Made by a program: the position numbers and the translations under genes
The notes under the pieces: generated by a model
Seen by the model: the letters and a program-made list of their open reading frames with translations, nothing else
Database searches by the model: none
Told to the model about the DNA's origin: nothing
Source: Guillardia theta CCMP2712
Lineage: Eukaryota; Protista; Cryptophyta
NCBI RefSeq assembly: GCF_000315625.1
Contig: NW_005434656.1
Span: 293,741-357,740 of the forward strand
Direction of reading: 5' to 3'
Length of the DNA: 64,000 bases
In this document: positions 47,488 to 61,139 of the stretch, one piece after another
Layout: each line of letters opens with the position of its first letter
Numbering within the stretch: the first letter of the stretch is position 1

Positions 47488-50400
47488 ATGCGACCCTGCG
47501 CCCTCTGCTGTGTACTTCTTGCGCTCTGCGCACGACTGGCTACGTGCTCCGTCTGGAGCTGCTGCAACGGAGACTGGTTCGATCCCAACTGCTGGGACTA
47601 CATGCCGGGAAGCAGTGACGACGCGCAGTTCCAGCTGGCCAGTAACTGCAATGTGACCTTCAGCAACGCGTCTGTGACTGTTGGATCGATCACGCTGTCT
47701 CTGTCAATCTCCGCGCCAATCCCTTCTTCTCCGCTGCAGCTGTGGTTCGTCAAAGCTTCCAGCTTGCAAGATAAGCCGTCGCTCACCGTGCAGACTATCA
47801 CAGTCGGGAACTACATTGCGCTCACTGCACTAGCGCTCAACATCGCTGCAAGTCAGCAGGTCACGACCTCCTTTCAGTCGCAGCTCGTCTGCTACGGCTC
47901 CAACATCGGAAGCTCAAGCTGCGCATCCTGTGCACCTACAGGAACTCTGACTGTCGCTGGGCACAGCACGTTTTTGCTCAAGCCCTTGAGCGCCCTGGAC
48001 ACAGTCTACCTCACCATGAATATCAAGAACTCCGGCAGCATGCAAATCAACGGAGGCCAAAGCGTCTACATGTCAGGGAACCTGGTCAACAGCAACAAGC
48101 TGTATCTTCAAACCTCCAATTTCATCCCTGCCGCCTACAGTAGTTGGAAGAATGATGTTACGGGGACCATCACTTTCTCCAACGATGGCTCCTCGACCAA
48201 GTACTACATGAGGTTTATGTCTGCCTTCAACAACTCAGGCACCGTTCAGATCGACGCTCCCTGCACGGTGGTATTCGCGGGTGGGGGAACCAACACAGGG
48301 CTTCTGGGCGTAGACGGCTCCTTAAACGTGACCAACAGTTACAACTTCGTCTCTAACACGATGCAAGGCAGCGGCTCTGTGTATCTCCAGTCGATCAACA
48401 GCGTGCTTCTTGCAGGATCATGCGGCAGCTCCATCAAGCTCTTTGTCCATGGGCCCACCACCATTGCCCAGCTCTTCCAGGTCAAAGCTGGATGTACTGT
48501 GACGATGGGGGCGACAGATCTTTTCGCCGGATCCCTCAAGGGAGCAGGCGTGTCTGCTTCCTCGATATCCGTCTTGAGCGGAGGGGTCTTTGGATCTGAC
48601 GGGTCGACTGCCTGTAGCATCTCGTCGCTGACTCTGAGCAACGCCGGGAATGTAGCGTTGCTCAGCATGGCGTTTGCGAGCCAGACTATCATCTCAAATC
48701 AGGCTCAAGGTGTAGTAAGCCTGACAGAGACAAGACTGCAGGATCAAGCGTCGAGCCTCCTCCTGACCAATGCGGGCGAGCTCGTCATGACGGCAAGCGC
48801 CTTCAGCTCCGTACAAAACTCTGGGCGAGTCATCATCATCCAGTCAAGCTCCTTGTCGCTCGCCTTGTCCTCCACGGCTTCCTTCATGCAGCAATCAGGT
48901 GTCGTTGCCACAATCGTCAATAACGCCATGAGTGCCAGTGTGCGAGTAGCTGCTTCACCTGGGTATGGTGGGAGTCCAAGCTTCACGTTGTCAGGATACG
49001 CTGAGCTTGACCTCCTTCCTGGAACATCCTGGATCTCGCTGTCGTCCAACACTTCCGTTTGTAGTCTGGAGATGAAGAATGTCGTCCAGGCGTCGATGGC
49101 GGACTCAACCCATGGCTGTGATGTATCATTCTCCTACACGAGCTTGAGGTGTGTCGGTGAGTGTACGTTCCTCGGGGCGATCTCGATAGCCAACACGTCT
49201 ACCTTCCTGGGCAACGGCACGGTGATCTCGCACAGCTTCTCCTTCGGTCCGGTGGCTGCAGGCCAGGAGCTAGTGAGCGAGGCTCCGTTCCGCAACGTCG
49301 GGTCTTGCGTCGCTTGCGGAGGAGTGTTGACGCTCCGTGGAGGCTTCGTCCAGGTCGGAGAAGCCGCTGTCCTCAATCTCTGCGGGGGGCAGCTGCTGGG
49401 CAATGTGAGCATTGTACAAGGTTCTCTCTTTCCGGGCGGCAGCATCGTGGGAGACGTGGATCTAGGAGGACGGCTGACGTTTGGGGAGAACATGAGTCTC
49501 AACGTCGTCGGCTCCTTCAGGTCAACGAGCACGAGCCTCATCTCGCTCTCATTCGAGCTGACTAACTCGGCGACCGCCGGCCTGATCGCGACGCGATCGA
49601 ACCTGCTCAATGTCACGCAGGCGCTTGAGCTGAGCGGCAGGGTCTCCTCCAACTGGACGTGGATCGGCCCTGCCAGCCTCAATCTGTCCTCTCCGATTTT
49701 GTTTCTTGCAGCAAGCTCGCTCACGGCTTTGACCAGAGGAGAGCTGGCGGTTGAGATCAGGCAGTTCGATCCGCAGACTCTGCTTCCTCTGTTCACGGAC
49801 AAGCAGATGTTGTTTGACTTTCAAGGCTGTCCCGACGGCACCACCGGCACCTACATGTGCGACGGATGCTCTCCAGGGACCTTCTCACGCAGAAATGGCT
49901 TCGCCCCTCTCCAGTGCGAGTCCTGTCCGGCAGGCTCGTATCAGGTCAAAACAAGGCGTCTGCCACCTGCTAGCTTGCTGCTTGCTGACTTTGTGCCTTG
50001 CAGTCCAACGCTGGTCAGGGGAGCTGCAGCCCGTGCATGCAGGGGCAGTATCAGAACACGACCGGGTCGTTTCAGTGTATGGAGTGTCCAGCAGGGTATG
50101 TGCAGGCCAGCACGGGCTCGACTTCGTGTACGGCGTGTCCTGCAGGCTCGTACCCAGATTCTGGTTCGATTCACTGTTTATCCTGTCCAGCAGGACATCA
50201 TTATGTTTCACCAGGAGTTTGCCGATCAAATGTTCCGGAGAATATGGTCAATCAATCTCAAGTCATCAATAGCAATACGACTATCCTTCTCACTAATGTG
50301 TCCCACGATTTGCTAAATTTGTCTGTTACCTTGAACATGTCGAATGAGCTTGAAAGGGTCTCGCCAGTGTCTTCGCGTCCTCTCTCTCCCTCGACTTCGC

Positions 50401-51620
50401 CTTCACAGCAAACAGTTCATGCGTTTTCTGATGGAATGATCTTTGCTGCTACATTTTCTCTGCTTGGTTTTGGCCTCGGATTGTTTGGTCTTTGCAAACT
50501 AAGAACGTTCGGAAGATGCAGAAAAAAACGGCCCTCAGCAAGGCAGGATGACCAGACGTCACCTCTACGTCAGTTCGACCTGGACAAGGCCTTGCTCTTC
50601 TCTACACAGAACACAGAGCTCCTTCAGACAACGTCACACTTGGGCTTTGATCATTGCCTCAAGATCGTCTCGGATGATGACGTCACCATGACGAGCGCCT
50701 TCTCTATCCCCCTGCCGGGCATGAGAGCTCATGATAACAGCCAGGGCAAGTGCTACAAGGCAACAAGCGCCGGCCATCTGGTCAGCTGGAAGGAGTACAA
50801 AGACAGTGAGGGCCGAGGATTGTATTACAACCAGAACGAGACGCCTAACGACGTCCACGAGTTACAGCAGTACAGAGGAGAAGAAGATGCGGAGCAAACA
50901 CTGTTCAAGGAGGAGGAAACCATGTTGACAGTCCTTGCTCATGGGGAGATCACAGCATACGAATCTGAGACAGATACCAAAGAACAATCACATTCAGATG
51001 ATGAGAGCGAGGGCCATATCGACCTAGATGTCGACGAAGAAGATGAAAGACAGCAGGAGGGATCTGCTCATGATTTTGAGGGAAAATCAGAGAAGGACAA
51101 TGAGGAGTTTTCCGAGGGCGAAAGCAAGAAAGAGAGCGAGTTTGACGAGGAAAATCAGAGTGAATTACGAGGAACCCTCGAAGATCACGAAAAAAACCAG
51201 GAACAATACACGATCGAACAATATCAGTTTGATGTTGTCTCGACTTCCGCAGCAAGCATACGGGAGCATGAAGACTGTGCAGCGGAGGAGAGCCGAGAGG
51301 GCCACGAGCAGACCTTCGGCTCCGATGACCTTCGAGTCAACATTTTAGACGCGAGTGAGAAGAAGGCAACGAGGAAGCGATCTCTCAAGGAGGGGGTGGC
51401 AAACTTCTTGGATCAGATTCGTAACTTCAGTAAGGATCATCTACGGAGTTCTGTCCGCAGACTGTCGAGGAGCAACAAGGGTGAGAGCGAGCAAATCAAC
51501 CGCAACAGCTCGGTAAAGGGTCCAGCACCGACCAACCAACCTAGGAGGCAACTCAACGTGGCGGCCTTGGCAGGTTTGCAGGCAGGTGAGGCATTTTTGA
51601 CGGGAAAGTTCGGTATCTGA
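47488..51620 (+). CDS. Type-I membrane/surface protein (copy B, non-expanded paralog); two exons, 47488-49944 and 50004-51620
   Basis: Exon 1 nearly identical to copy A; intron 49945-50003 (GT...CTGAC...TTGCAG); few Cys-rich repeats, TM GMIFAATFSLLGFGLGLFGL, WW-like motif and acidic tail. Confidence 0.85.
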
Positions 51621-51899
51621 CAGTACGTGCAGCGCTATCTCGGGCAGCGAAGGCTTCCGGCAATGAAGACAACAAGGATGCCGAGTGGACCAGTGACGAT
51701 GAAGGTTAGCAATTCGCACCAACCGTGAGTGAAGAAGTCTCTTCTCCCAGTGTGCAAGGCAAAACCAGTCCTTTATTGTCGGCTGCTGGCTGTTAAGCCC
51801 CCCCTGTCTCCCGCCTTATCCTTCGAATCAGCTGGCGGAAGTCTTCACTCTCACGGTTCATTCGTGCCGTTTGCACCTTTAGGTCTTGGCAACAAGTCA

Positions 51900-54656
51900 C
51901 AGAAAAGTCGGAGATGCCGATGAAGAGCGTCACCTTCAGAGATCTTGCGGATGTTTGACTCAGTCGCGGCGTCTGTCCGTTCAGGGGACAACCTCTGAGA
52001 AATTCGTGAGTGTCGCTGGTGTCAAAACAAGAAGTCTCTCACCAAGGAAGGTTCCAACGGCCGCACAAAGAAAGTGCCTGTTCCTCCTCCTCTTCTGAAT
52101 CCTGCTGCTTCTCGCCTCCTGCCCATCCACATGGGACCATAACCATCATGTTGGAAACGACTGAGTGTCTGCCTCTCATCCAGCAGTCTCTGCTGGAGGT
52201 TCTGGCCATCGGCCGCCAGTCGCTGAGCGAGATTGACATAGTAGCGCGAAAGCCTTCGCATGTTCTCCTGACGCTGTGAAAGCACTCGACCCCTCAAGCC
52301 GGCCAGCTTGCGACGAGCTCCCTCCTCCAACTCAGAAGCTTTTTGCTTGAGGCTGTGGATCTGAGCGGAGGTCTGGTCCTGCATACTCACTTGGGAAGGG
52401 GAAGCGGACGAAGAGTCTTGCAAGGAGGTGGAGGAGGCGTTGGCTTGTGTCAAGTTCAAGAGGAGGGACTCCTCAGCGATAGCTGTGAGTAAATGCTTCA
52501 GAGTACGAGAGTCCTCAATCACTTGCTCCTTCTTCAGCTTCACTTGATCCTCCGCTTGAGCTCTGAGAGCCCCCTTACGCGCATCCTCTCTGCTCTGGCT
52601 CGCAGCTTCTTCGCTGCAAGCTTCCCCGCAATCTTCTGGTCGGCTCCCTCGCTTCATCATCTGAGGATCTTGAAGCTTCCATGCCTCTTCCAAGGGCTCT
52701 GCTCTTTGACCTTCGGCTCCTCGTCCCCAAAGGGCTCCAAGAAAGTCCACCCAGCTTCTCCTTCCTGGCCTCTGGCTGGCGCTGCCTTCTTGTTGATCCC
52801 CAACCCCAGCCCGTAGCCGTTCGAGTAAGCGCGCGGCTTGCCGACCAGCGGGGAGACCCACTGGCGTTCCTCAGCAGGTCCTGAGGCATCTTGCGAGTGG
52901 ACGGGGATGGAGTTGATCCTGTCCTCCGGGTGGGAAGCTTTCCCGCTTAAGATGTCTTCGAAGTTGGAATGAGATCCCCCGCCAGCACCTGTAGTGCCAG
53001 TAGAGCTAGTGATGCTCGTCTCTTGGTGGAGAGCCTGCTGCAGCTGCTCCTTTCCGTGCGCGATGTCTTTTGGTTTCTCCTCCTGTTTTCATCGGGGAAT
53101 CAGATTGGGCATCGACAACAGCAAAAAGTGGTACAATTTTCAGACGCTCAAAGCCGGCATGCCTTTCTCCATGTCCACCTTCCTGCCTTGCGGCGAGACG
53201 ATCGATCTGGGGAGAGCCCAAAGTCACGTACGCAGCGCTCGGGATCCTCTTTCACCTCGTCGTGCAGCTCTGACTTGATCGCCCGCGTGATGGAGTTCTG
53301 GTCCTCCCCCGACGGCAATTGAAGGTGAAACTTCAAGTCCAGGGTGCCGATCCTGCCACAAACATCAGCTGGACTCTTGACAACTTCACAAGGGCCACCT
53401 GCTGTCCTTCCCTACTGCTAGCAAGCGCCGTCTAGGAGAGAACCCTCCATCCTTGCGGAGAAAACTGTCGAGACGAGGTTCCTCTGGAGCGACCCCGTAC
53501 ACGAACTCGCGCGACCTACAGATTGGAGGAGAGATTAATTACCGAGCGTTGGCAATAAATCTTTCACGATTACCTGTCCCTCCTGATTGGTTCTTTGCGC
53601 TTCACAACATGACGAGCAGGAGAAAAGTCAAAGGATTCCAACTTCACTCTCAACGCGTCGGCAGGCTGTAGGAATGTAAGACAAGCACTGAGAAAGCCTT
53701 CATTCATCGACCTTCTTCGTGGCCTTCGCCACTGCCTTCCGCAAGATCTCGTCCAGCTGCTGCCGGGTGATGCCATTCATCGCAACTCCTTCCAGGGAGA
53801 GAGAGACATCCACATGCTTGTCAGACGCTCCTGCCTGCTGGGCCTTCACATGAGCTAGTGGTGCAGCAGAGGCTTTTACATCTGAAATCATCCCGTCAGC
53901 CTCATGCTGGTGCGAAAGAAGCATGTCCACCTGAAGGAGCCGTCCTGTGAGCTGACTTCTCTGGGGGAGAGCCCGAATGCACCTTTCCGTGCTCACTTGA
54001 AACTACCTTCTTCACATCTGCCTTGTCCTGGCTGCAAGTCGAGCAGCTTCTAGAGCACATGACTGACATCCACTGGTTGTTCGAGGCGCATTGACCTCGC
54101 CTTGCCCAGAAACTGCAGCAGCTCTCTCCCCCGCAGCTCTCCTTGTGATGATCCTTGCAGCCTCCGTCGAGAATCTCTTCGCTCCTGACGAGAATGCTCT
54201 TCTCCGAAGCAGCAGCTTTCTGCAGCTGGAAAGCATTCATCATGCCCGAGGAAGCAGCACAGCATGCAAGACCTCATCTCGGAGTCGGAGCGCTTCTTGA
54301 GCAACCCTGTGCAGCTGCGAAAAGTCCTCGTCATCTATGTCCACGTCCTTGTACGCGCTCATCTTCTGTGCCTTGTGGAGCGAGCCCCACATCTTGTTGC
54401 GGATAGTGTCCAGAGTGTGTACCTGGCTGTCCAGCTGCTTTATCCCCTCAGATACTTTCCTGGAGATGATGGAGGGATGCAGCATCTCTCTCCCACCGCC
54501 TGTTCCTTGCAACGATACTTCACCTCGGCCATGAAAGCCGCTGAATGGCAGCAGCAGCAGCGCGCAGCCGCAACAAGCAAGGGCGAGTATACTGTACAGA
54601 AAAGCTTGCTTCCCGGGCTTTGCACTCGCAAGCCACGAGGGAGAGGGAGAATCCAT
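51900..54656 (-). CDS. Membrane-anchored protein with ShKT domain and coiled-coil regions, multi-exon (may be more than one gene)
   Basis: N-terminal TM (AFLYSILALACCGCALLLLPF), ShKT-like CKD..C..WARRGQCASNNQWMSVMCSRSCSTC (~54030-54160), further coding segments down to ~52000; 3' end uncertain. Confidence 0.6.
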
Positions 54657-55926
54657 GGGATGCTCACTTCTACTTCTCTGCCATACCGCACTCAGTGATG
54701 CACACAATGAAACGGTTCAATGCCGTCCTCTCATTTCAATGTTCACAACCACAGCCTCCTTACAAGTTCACTGCCCGAGTTGCTCTACCCACATCCGAAC
54801 TATCTTTCTTCAAAAAATCTCATTCATTCTGCACGCATCATAAGGCAACCCATAAAAGAGGAGAAAAGTCCAACTGACACACTGAAATTGGAGAGAAAGG
54901 GATTCTACATTGACCAAGCTTCAATCAATATTCGTTATCCTCATCTTCTTCATGCTTGCTTCATCTTCTCTTTAAAGCTCACACCTTTTAATAACATCCC
55001 CGTCTCAGCCTCCTTCCCCTTCAATTCTTCCATCTCCCTCCCCTCCCCCTATCTCTTCCTTCCTCCCTCGTCCTCCCTCTTCACTCTCCCCCCACTCCCC
55101 CGCTTCCTCCCGCGCTCAGCAGCCCCATGAAAATGATGGCCCAAGAGTCACTGGGCCTCATCCCCGTATGTCCCAGTGGAATGTATTGACTATTTTACCA
55201 GTATTATTGACTATAGAAATGTTGTAATCAAGATTTGCCTTGACTACCCCTACCCCTGATTTCATCTTGGACTTGGAAGTACCCGGTCCATTTACCAAAA
55301 ACTATCCCATGAAAGACCGGGTCTGCGAAAGATGGGAAAGAATCCACCCCTTCTCCAAACAACATGTAATGGAGCGACCCCGTTCCGAGGTTTAGCCACA
55401 GAGGTTTAATTATGGTGAAATATTTGATAAACTTACTGTTATTATTCAAAATAAAATAAATTAAAATTTCAACAATATGTTATCGATAACGATGAGACCC
55501 TGAAGGAGAAAAATTGTGCGCTAAGGGGGTGGCCATGGCATTTCAGCAACAGCAGGAGAGGGAGTAGGAGGGCTAGGAGGAAGAGGTGGAGTTAGGAGAC
55601 AGATCAGGTGACAAGAAAGATTCTAGAAGTATCTGGAATGCAGGATCATAGGAAGAATGGAGAGGGGAAAATTGGCATGAACGACGACGCAACAGTGATT
55701 AGTTGTATCGCCACATGAAATGATTTATAATGAGGAAGATGGCAGGGCAAAAGAAGCAGGCGGCACAATGCCAAACAACGCAGGATTATTCTGAACAATC
55801 GTTCACTTCGTTAGTAATGACGTCTGAATGTTTTATTCAAATGATGATTTAGAACTCAATTCGGCTTTCTCCTCCTTGGACTAACTGTCTTCGTGCTTCT
55901 TTGCAGATTATTCCTTGCCAAGAGAC

Positions 55927-56584
55927 ATGACAGAACGACTAAGGACAGCCCTGCTCTTGTCTTTTGTCTGCTTGTTTAGCGTTTCTTGCGCAAGCCCCAC
56001 TTCGATGTTACACCCTGGTCTTCTCCTCCAGCCACAGTTTGACGAGGTTTTGCTTTTCCATCTGCCCACACAGATCGGAGAACACTACAACCCGTATGAA
56101 GGGAAGGCGCTTCCTAGCGAGCACTTTGTGAACAGACCGATCTACTCGCCGATCAACAGGAAGCTGCAGCAAGACATCACCAACGTGCTCGACGACGAGC
56201 CGTCATCCCTGCACTGCCATGCTGGGAACTGGATCAACAAGCATCCTGACGACATCCCCAACCTTGAGCTGGAGCCCATCGGATACTCCCGTCGCTGGTT
56301 GGGGGAAGAGAGGATGGGAGGGGGATGGTCGAGCGACATGTGCCCTCTGTCGGGGGACAGGTGAGGAGGTTCGCATGCTCTACATGATTCGCTTAGATGG
56401 TTGCAGGCACGCCCTGTGCGACAAGTTGAACAAGCTCAGCCTGCAGGAGCCCAGGTGAGAGAGCGTGCTGCTGTGAGGTCTCGAGTGCCTGAGCCGCCTC
56501 GTACAGTGAAGCGGATGAGGACGAGGACATGGTCGTGAGAAGAGATGCCGAGGGCAATGTGCATCTCATGCCTCGCAAGAAATA
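55927..56584 (+). CDS. Small secreted hypothetical protein, multi-exon
   Basis: Signal-like MTERLRTALLLSFVCLFSVSCA, with GT-AG gaps and a terminal ...LMPRKK*. Confidence 0.55.
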
Positions 56585-56799
56585 GAAGCTTGATCGAAGA
56601 CTATCGACATTCGTCTCGAAAGATACTGAAAGCATCCTTGACACGCCGATCGACGCCCCGCCGGCATCGTCGGGTGTCACTCAAGAAAATTTTCCTACCT
56701 CCCTTCGTTGATGACTCGATCTTTAAGTCTTAATGTATTTTCATTTCAGTTCGAAAAGGCTTCTCATTGCCTCTTTGCACATCAAACATGGTCAGCCTC

Positions 56800-59700
56800 A
56801 GTCACGCGTGAGAGTTGGAGATGCAGTCGTCGACGCTACTCCCCACCGCGTTGAGGAATATCCTCACGATCTCCGAAACACTGTCGCAAAGCATCACAGC
56901 AGGCAGCACGTCGACGGCATTTCCCTCACCTCAGTGGCGCAGCCAACATCTCAACCGACTCCTTGAACTTCATCTCGAACACGTGAGCTGACTGCAGGCC
57001 CTGGAAGACTGAAAGTAAGCCGAGAGAATAGAGGCGACTCGTCACCCGGTCCTGTCCGACCTTGTTGAGGCCGAGGATCTCGTAGTGGGGCTGAAGGCGA
57101 GGATACCCTTCGAAGCCGTCCCAGGATGTCACCGTCAACAGCAACTCTGGGCCCATCTTCTCTTCTCCAGCTTTACATGTGAACAAGATGTCGAAACCCA
57201 CGGTCAAGTTGTCATGGCATCTGGTCGAATTTGTCAGGCACAGAAGTGTCAAGACTGAGCATTGCCTGGAAAACTTCGCCGAGAGGAAAGGAGAAAAATC
57301 CTTTAGGAGCGCATCAACCTGTTCAAAATATCAACACCATCCATCAAAATGCTGAGATCAAGTGACAACCTCGGTCCACATCTTGTCAAGACATGACAGG
57401 TGTTGTCCTAACCCGTGAACTACGTTCTTCTGCACCGGGAACAAGTTAAGAATTGTTGCTCAAGGGAGGCTGAATTGACCAGCCACTGCCCAGGCGTATG
57501 GGGTGTTGCCGTTCCCTTCTCGTACTTCGTCCCACCCTTCTGAACCAGGGCACTAACATCCACCTACGTTGATTCACATCAGTTTCCAGCAAGATGAGTG
57601 AGAGATTGAGACCAAACAATCCGGAGAGACAGAAACAACAAGCGGAAGTTGCCGAAGGCATGTGATCCTGTTCGCCTGTCACATCGAGAGGGGCGCGAGC
57701 AAGAGATCTACTTGCAGTCCCACGGGAGAGGATCTTTCTTGTCGATATCGCGGAAAATTCTCAGTACGGCAGTGTGCTGCTGAGACGTTCCATCCCCGCT
57801 ACGCGATTTTTCCTACAGCAGCATAATGAGACCTGAAACTTTACACGAGATATTCTGACCTTCTGTCGGATCATGCATTCAGAATAGCATCGATCAACTT
57901 GGTCGAGATCAGCGTCGACGAGAGGTTCCGGGTCAAGAAATACGGCATCTCGGACAGTCTGCACAAAAACATTCACAAACCTTCGCCAGTGAAAGATGTA
58001 CCCTCACAAAAGCAGCTAACTTCAGCTGCTCGAGGGCTGCCTCGAGGGACAAGGGCATTTGAATGTTTGGAACCTGTCAACATCTCAACATTTGTAGCAT
58101 TCGAAAATTTGCGATAATTACCACACTGAGAAAATCTGTGTGCTCGCTATCATTGGGTATGTCCTGGTCGACGTATCCCTTGCTCTTGGCGGTCAGCACT
58201 GTGATTCATGTCAGGATCATCAAATTCATACGGCACCGCAGCACTTACTGGGGGCAGACTCGATGTGGCTTTCCCGAACTGAGGGTACACAGTCCACGCC
58301 TGTACAAGACATCATACACTAGAACTTGACTGGGAGAGAGGAAGGGGAGGAGAGAGTCGATCGGAATGCGGACGAAAATTGTGGGGGATCGATGAACCGA
58401 TTTTACCTGAGCTGCAAAAGGGACGAACTCTGCCGGAGTGAACGACTTGTGTAAGCAATTGGTCGCCCTGTTCGTTTTCACTTGTCTTCTCCTTCTCCTC
58501 AACCAGAATCTTCCTTCTTTTCGTGACTCGCTGTCATAAGAAAAAGTTCAGTCCGTTTCAGGTCAAAAGCACTCAAACAAGTTTTGACATACCTGTGTTT
58601 CATTAGCAAACTCATCTGTCAAAGCATTTTGCAAATCTTCATTAAGCAGAACCTGAATTCTTGTGAATGAAACATATTCATGTAAGAGGTGTGTGATGTA
58701 TTACAAGCTCTGGAGGCAGAGGAGGCTATTGGTTGAAATAGTCAGGCCCAACAGCAGCTTATTGAAAACAACTCACCACAAGTGAGGGAACTTCATTTTC
58801 GACACTCCACGCAAGATCCTGCAACAAGATCAGGCAAACATCTTCTTATAGATCAACATTTTGCACCGTTACAACGATTGGCCTCTCCTTGCACAACTTT
58901 CGAAACTTTTCCACCGCTCTTGCCCCAACCTGAGGCAAATTTTGAATCCATCCTTTGCAAGGATCAAGTTTACAATGTTACCTGTTGTGTTCTATCGTTT
59001 TGTTTTTCCAGTGTCTCTTTCGAGACAAGAGATCGACCTGATTTGTCCACCAGTCAACCAAGACCCACTGTCTCAACAGCAAACTTTTACCAGAGCTTGT
59101 ACTTCTGCTGGAAAGTCGGATGCGCTCAAGGTGTTCATCAACTTTGTTCAGTTGATCTATGTCAAACGGGCCCTGAAACCATCCGCCGTCAACTGCGAAC
59201 CCTGACACAGCGAAGGCTTACCCTGTCTTTCGCTTGTGCCAGGGACCTGAAGGTTGCGATGACTTGTCTCGTGGATGTTGAGTCTGCGGGGTTTTGAATT
59301 CTATCTTCTTGCTGTCTGGCAAGTAAAACAGCTGCTGATGTTTCTTTTCCATGTAGAGAATCTGGAAACCAAGACTGGTTTATTTGCCTTTCAAGGCACA
59401 CGTTTTCCTCACCTTTTGAATGAACTTGGATCGTGCATCCGAGGACTGGCTTGACTGATTTGTACTTCCACGAGATTCTTCAAGAGCATGCAGATCTCCA
59501 GATGTTTGAATTTGCGATCTGAGTGCCTTTCTCTCCAGTTCTTTCCTCTGGGTTATGACGTTCAAATCTCGCTGAAGCAACGAAATGTATTCAGTCTTGC
59601 TCGACGAACATTCATAAACTCCATGTTCGACCACCCCTGCTCTGTAAGCAAGTTTTGCTTCACTCTCAGTTGGCCAGAAGTGTCTAAACTTGGTGACAAT

Positions 59701-60195
59701 AACTCTCAGAGCATTCTTGCGCGTCTTTATAGTCTCTTCCGAGTCTGCTCTCCATGGCATGCTTGCTCCAGATGAGCTTCTAGATTGACTTGAAGATCCA
59801 CCTTGCGAATGCGAGGCATTCTGGGACGACGCGTGTGGAGCTTGAGGTGCATTCGTTGCTGCATTCGTTGCTGCATTAGGAGCATTGGCAGCTCCTTGAG
59901 CTCCGCCCGCTGATGCTGTTTGGCTCTGATTCGCTCCAGCGGCTGTGCCAACTCCTGGAACTGGAGCAGTTGCAGGAGGCATAGGGGGCACGCGCTGAAG
60001 GTTGTTTAGCTATCTATCCTTGATGGCACCCGCAGGGCATCAAATGCATGAAATCATCAAATCTGCGATCAGACAATCAACTCTAACATTCTTCAAATTC
60101 ACAAGGCGATTACATTGAAGATGGGCTGAAAGCTATATACAAGGAACGTTTGATCAAAACAGGACCAACCACTCTCTCACACCAGGTTCTGACAT
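56800..60195 (-). CDS. KIX-like domain protein (Mediator subunit 15-like), multi-exon
   Basis: Low-complexity Ala/Gln/Ser N-terminus, then PWR..TRKNALRVIV..F..FWP..AGVVEHGVYECSSSKTEYISLL, resembling the Med15/CBP KIX-2 pattern; many short exons downstream; boundaries approximate. Confidence 0.45.
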
Positions 60196-61139
60196 GAACG
60201 GAAGAAAGTCAGAAAATCTTGATACAATTTCAGAGGGTTAGTATTCGAGGTTCATGGCTCGCGAATCAGGCATAGATCAGATGAGGACATGATTGAGAGG
60301 ATCAGTCTTGCTCAGACATGTCATCTGCGGAGTGAGGACAAGGCAAGGGAGGAGAGAGACGGGAAGAGAACACAAGGCAAGGGAGGGGAGAGGGCAGGGA
60401 GGGGGCGGAGCGACTGGCGCCCGCTTGCATTCAACTTGAGAGCGCGCGGAGGCGACTGTGAGAGGGGAGGGGAAAGGGAGGGGTGGTATCCAAATCGGGG
60501 GGTGGGGTGATGATCACCAAGGTGTATATGGAAAAGGGTGAGTAGTTTTCTTCTAAATTGTCATAAGACCCATGGGTGGGTCATTTGCAAATCTACTGCG
60601 GTATGGGTAGGGTGGTCAGATGAAGTGGGAACTTGAACCACGAACTGAGTGACTCCGAGAGTCACTGCCGCCGGCCCGGGTCCGATCCGATCGGACGCGC
60701 GGCCCCGGCGGCCGACGGCGGGCCCGGGCCTGGCCGGGCCCGGTGACCGGACGGTGCGCCGGCGGCGCGGACGGCGATAGGAGTGCGACCGCCCAGCCGC
60801 AGAGCCACTCAAACTTCCAGTTCAAGCCTCGGTAGTACGGCGGCCCGGCCCGCCGGGACTCAGTGACTCCCGGTCCGTCACTGAGTCAGCCGGGCGGCCT
60901 GCCGGCCCGGGGGCTCCAGCTGAGGGGCCTCTGTTCGGGCTGAGTGAATTTGAGTCACCTGCCGCCGGGGGGCACCCTCGGTGATCGCCGAGTCACAGTC
61001 AGTGTGCGGAACACTGCTTGGGCACAGTATGCGGCCCCTCGTCAGGCTAACAATTGTCACGTGTGTGCATCGCAACTGGCGTCAAGCGAAGGCTGGTCCC
61101 TTTATTGTACTTTCACACGCGGCGTTACTAGATACGACA

